Source: Deltaproteobacteria bacterium
GTDB lineage: Bacteria > Desulfobacterota > Binatia > UBA9968
Assembly: GCA_005879605.1 (NCBI GenBank)
Contig: VBKE01000002.1
Location: 5,379 to 69,378, forward strand
Length of the DNA stretch: 64,000 bases
Reading direction: 5' to 3'
The notes beneath the pieces were generated by a model, which worked only from the letters and a program-made list of their open reading frames with translations, made no database searches and was not told the DNA's origin. Below, piece after piece: positions 61,778-64,000 of the stretch; the stretch's first letter is position 1, and each line of letters begins with the position of its first letter. The position numbers and the translations under genes were made by a program.

Positions 61778-63433
61778 CTAAGAGCGCCAAGATTCAAAGA
61801 TGATCACCCTACTTGCGGCTACTGCTGCGCGGGGCTGCTGCTGCGCGCCACCTTGCCGGGATAAGCGCCGGTGTGTTTGCCCCTTTCCATCAATACTTGC
61901 CCGTTGATCGCCCGGTTCCAACGGGCTGATGGTCGCGGGATCGAACACCATCAGGTCTGCGGCCATGCCGGGGCGCACCAGCTCTCGGTTGAAGAATCCG
62001 AAGAGCGACGCCGGCACGAAAGTGAGCTTCCGGATGGCATCCTCCAGCGACATGATTTCTTTCTCCCGGACCCAGTGAGACAGCAGATAGGTGGAGTAGC
62101 TATAGTCGGTGCGAAAAACCACATGGGCTCCGCCGTCCGATTGCCCGATGACTGTGTACGGACTGGTGAGCAGAGCTGTCATCGCGGCTTCGTCGCTGTT
62201 GACTTCGCGCCGTTCGAATTCCGTTTCCAGGTTTTCTTCCAACGCCAAGTCGAGGAATGCATCGAGCAGGTCTTTGTTCTGTTCGCGCGCGATCTCGGCC
62301 ACGCTCTTGCCCGTGAGGCGCTGGTTTTTCGGCAGCGCCGGCCGGAACACGAACTGTAAATCCCAGCGGCGCGTGAAGTCGCCGGGGCGGGTCCGATCGG
62401 GGGGAGTTTCGACGGCCTCCACGTGCAGTTTGGCGCGGGTCTCAGGGTCGCGAAACGCTTCTTTGCGCTGCTCCAGAGGAAGCAACATGACGGGTTTCCA
62501 ACTGGCCATGGCGTCGAAGTGTTGGGCGGTCTTCAGCGTGTAACGCAGGTCGCCGGGCCGAGGCATGACGAACTGGTAGGCGCGATGCCCCTGGCGCATC
62601 ATGTTCTCGGCTTCCGCCAGTTGTTTGCGCCAGCGGTCGGGAGCCACCGCCTGCTGGGTGATGTTGCCATAGAAGACCGGCCGCCGGCTGTTCTTGGCTA
62701 CCTGAGTGCTGAGATTGCGGTCGCCGCCAAACTGGATAACCCCACGTCCCATCTCGTCCGGCACGCCCGCTACGGCGAAAATCTCCGCCTCGGAGGCGAG
62801 ATTGGTCGGCGCCAGCCGCCCATTCCAGTCGAAATGGCGCAGATTGCGCTCGAAGGAGACACCCACGGCGCCGGCCTCTAACCCCTCGCGGACGATCGCC
62901 TTCATGGCCGCAACCTCGTCATCGGTAGCGTGCCGCTCCTGCGACGCTTCACCCATCACGTAGCGACGCACCGCCGAGTGGCCGATGAGCGAGGCGACGT
63001 TTATGCCCAGCCGTTGGTCCAGAGCATTAAGATACTCGGGGATTGTTTCCCAGGACCAGTTGACCCCGGCCTGGATCGCTTCCAACGGGATCGCCTCAAC
63101 GTGGGACAGGACTCCGGCAAGCATCTCGCGATCTTCCCGATGGGCTGGGGCCATCGCCAGAGAACAGTTGCCCATGACGACGGTGGTAATGCCGTGATAG
63201 CAAGAGTAGGTGCAGAGCGGATCCCAGGTGACCTGGGCATCGTAATGAGTGTGGTTGTCGATGATTCCAGGAGCGACCACCAAGCCGTCTGCATTCAGCA
63301 TTTGGCGCGCCTCTCCGTTCACTTTTCCGATCTCGACGATACGACCGCCGCTGACGGCGACGTCGCCGTGAAAGCCGGGCAGGCCGGAACCGTCAACAAT
63401 CTTTCCGTTCTTGATAATCAGGTCGTATGGCAT
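61778..63433 (-). CDS. N-acyl-D-amino-acid deacylase family amidohydrolase with an aberrant C-terminus (possible pseudogene)
   Basis: YDLIIKNGKIVDGSG and PGIIDNHTHYD are present. After ..DLMVFDPATISPLEP the expected AINGQVLMERGKHTGAYPGKV is found only in another frame, with the break near 61905-61915. Confidence 0.7.
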   Translation of the reverse strand: MPYDLIIKNGKIVDGSGLPGFHGDVAVSGGRIVEIGKVNGEARQMLNADGLVVAPGIIDNHTHYDAQVTWDPLCTYSCYHGITTVVMGNCSLAMAPAHREDREMLAGVLSHVEAIPLEAIQAGVNWSWETIPEYLNALDQRLGINVASLIGHSAVRRYVMGEASQERHATDDEVAAMKAIVREGLEAGAVGVSFERNLRHFDWNGRLAPTNLASEAEIFAVAGVPDEMGRGVIQFGGDRNLSTQVAKNSRRPVFYGNITQQAVAPDRWRKQLAEAENMMRQGHRAYQFVMPRPGDLRYTLKTAQHFDAMASWKPVMLLPLEQRKEAFRDPETRAKLHVEAVETPPDRTRPGDFTRRWDLQFVFRPALPKNQRLTGKSVAEIAREQNKDLLDAFLDLALEENLETEFERREVNSDEAAMTALLTSPYTVIGQSDGGAHVVFRTDYSYSTYLLSHWVREKEIMSLEDAIRKLTFVPASLFGFFNRELVRPGMAADLMVFDPATISPLEPGDQRASIDGKGQTHRRLSRQGGAQQQPRAAVAASRVIIFESWRS

Positions 63434-63492
63434 CGTTCCTCCTGTGCGGCAGGCAAGTTTGCTGGCGTGAAGAATATTGTCATTCTGCGTCG

Positions 63493-63521
63493 AAAGTATT
63501 CGTTGACGCGCTTGCTGTCAA
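63493..63521 (-). promoter_or_regulatory. Candidate sigma70-type promoter inside a GTTGAC-N9-GTCAAC palindrome
   Basis: The minus strand reads TTGACA, a 17-nt spacer, then TACTTT, about 55 nt upstream of the 63433 ATG. Confidence 0.3.
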
Positions 63522-63757
63522 CATGAACTGAGCTGCATGCTTAAGAAGACTGTCAATCAGCGCGCGGGCAGGACTGGATGCAATCACTCATCGACATCTA
63601 TCATCGAGCGGGCAACAAAAAATCCGCGACAGATTTGTGCAAGCCTACTGCTGCTATGCAACCTCGCGTTTGGTCGCAATGAGAAAGAAACCTATTGCTT
63701 ACTCGCAGAAAGCTGGACGGACGGATGGAACAATGCACTCCGGACCCGGCGGGGGGA

Positions 63758-64000
63758 TTACTTGCGCTCTCGCCCCTCGTTCTCGTAGAGCCGTTTAACA
63801 AACCCGCTCGCTTCGATCTCCCGCGCAACCTTGTATGAGACGAATTGTTCCGGATCGGCGTTCTTTGCCGCCGGTACCGTAGTGGAAAGTTCCGTCAGAA
63901 TCGTCCGTATCGCGTCGGATGTTGGAATCGGGAAAGCCAAATACTTGTTTGCGTAATTGCTGTAGCTATCTTCCAACACCTCAGGGTCGTCGTTGCGCGT
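63758..64000 (-). CDS. NMT1-like substrate-binding protein, C-terminal part; 5' end lies outside the window
   Basis: The frame is open to base 64000. ..DPEQFVSYKVAREIEASGFVKRLYE parallels the C-termini of 31632 and 41360. Confidence 0.65.
   Translation of the reverse strand, partial: TRNDDPEVLEDSYSNYANKYLAFPIPTSDAIRTILTELSTTVPAAKNADPEQFVSYKVAREIEASGFVKRLYENEGRERK

Overview
GC-rich, densely coding bacterial fragment with genes on both strands. I found no rRNA, tRNA or CRISPR array. The content is catabolic and transport related. There are 16 periplasmic solute-binding protein (SBP) genes from four families, two of them disrupted, plus two short SBP remnants. Against these the window holds only one pair of ABC permeases and no ABC ATPase. 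The SBPs are interleaved with amidohydrolase-superfamily enzymes, polysaccharide-deacetylase-like proteins, thiamine-diphosphate (ThDP) enzymes and oxidoreductases. The two strongest candidates for undescribed systems are: (1) 848-3613, a short BoxB/PaaA-like diiron oxygenase followed by a thioredoxin-like [2Fe-2S] ferredoxin and a NuoF-like flavoprotein where a BoxA-type reductase would be expected; (2) 42388-46471, a ThDP enzyme with a textbook twin-arginine export signal, a one-haem cytochrome c and a second, signal-less ThDP enzyme, flanked by an SBP and an amidohydrolase_2. Other points: two tandem E1 alpha/beta pairs without E2/E3; a RAYT transposase bracketed by inverted GTAG-hairpin REPs inside an AT-rich islet; a thrice-duplicated two-gene SBP cassette with ATGA-coupled starts and heptanucleotide tracts; several families of palindromic intergenic repeats; and a decay zone (about 59.8-63.4 kb) with internally deleted genes around a Phd/VapC module whose toxin is broken. 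All functional calls come from reading the translated ORFs and recalling family motifs. No database search was run.
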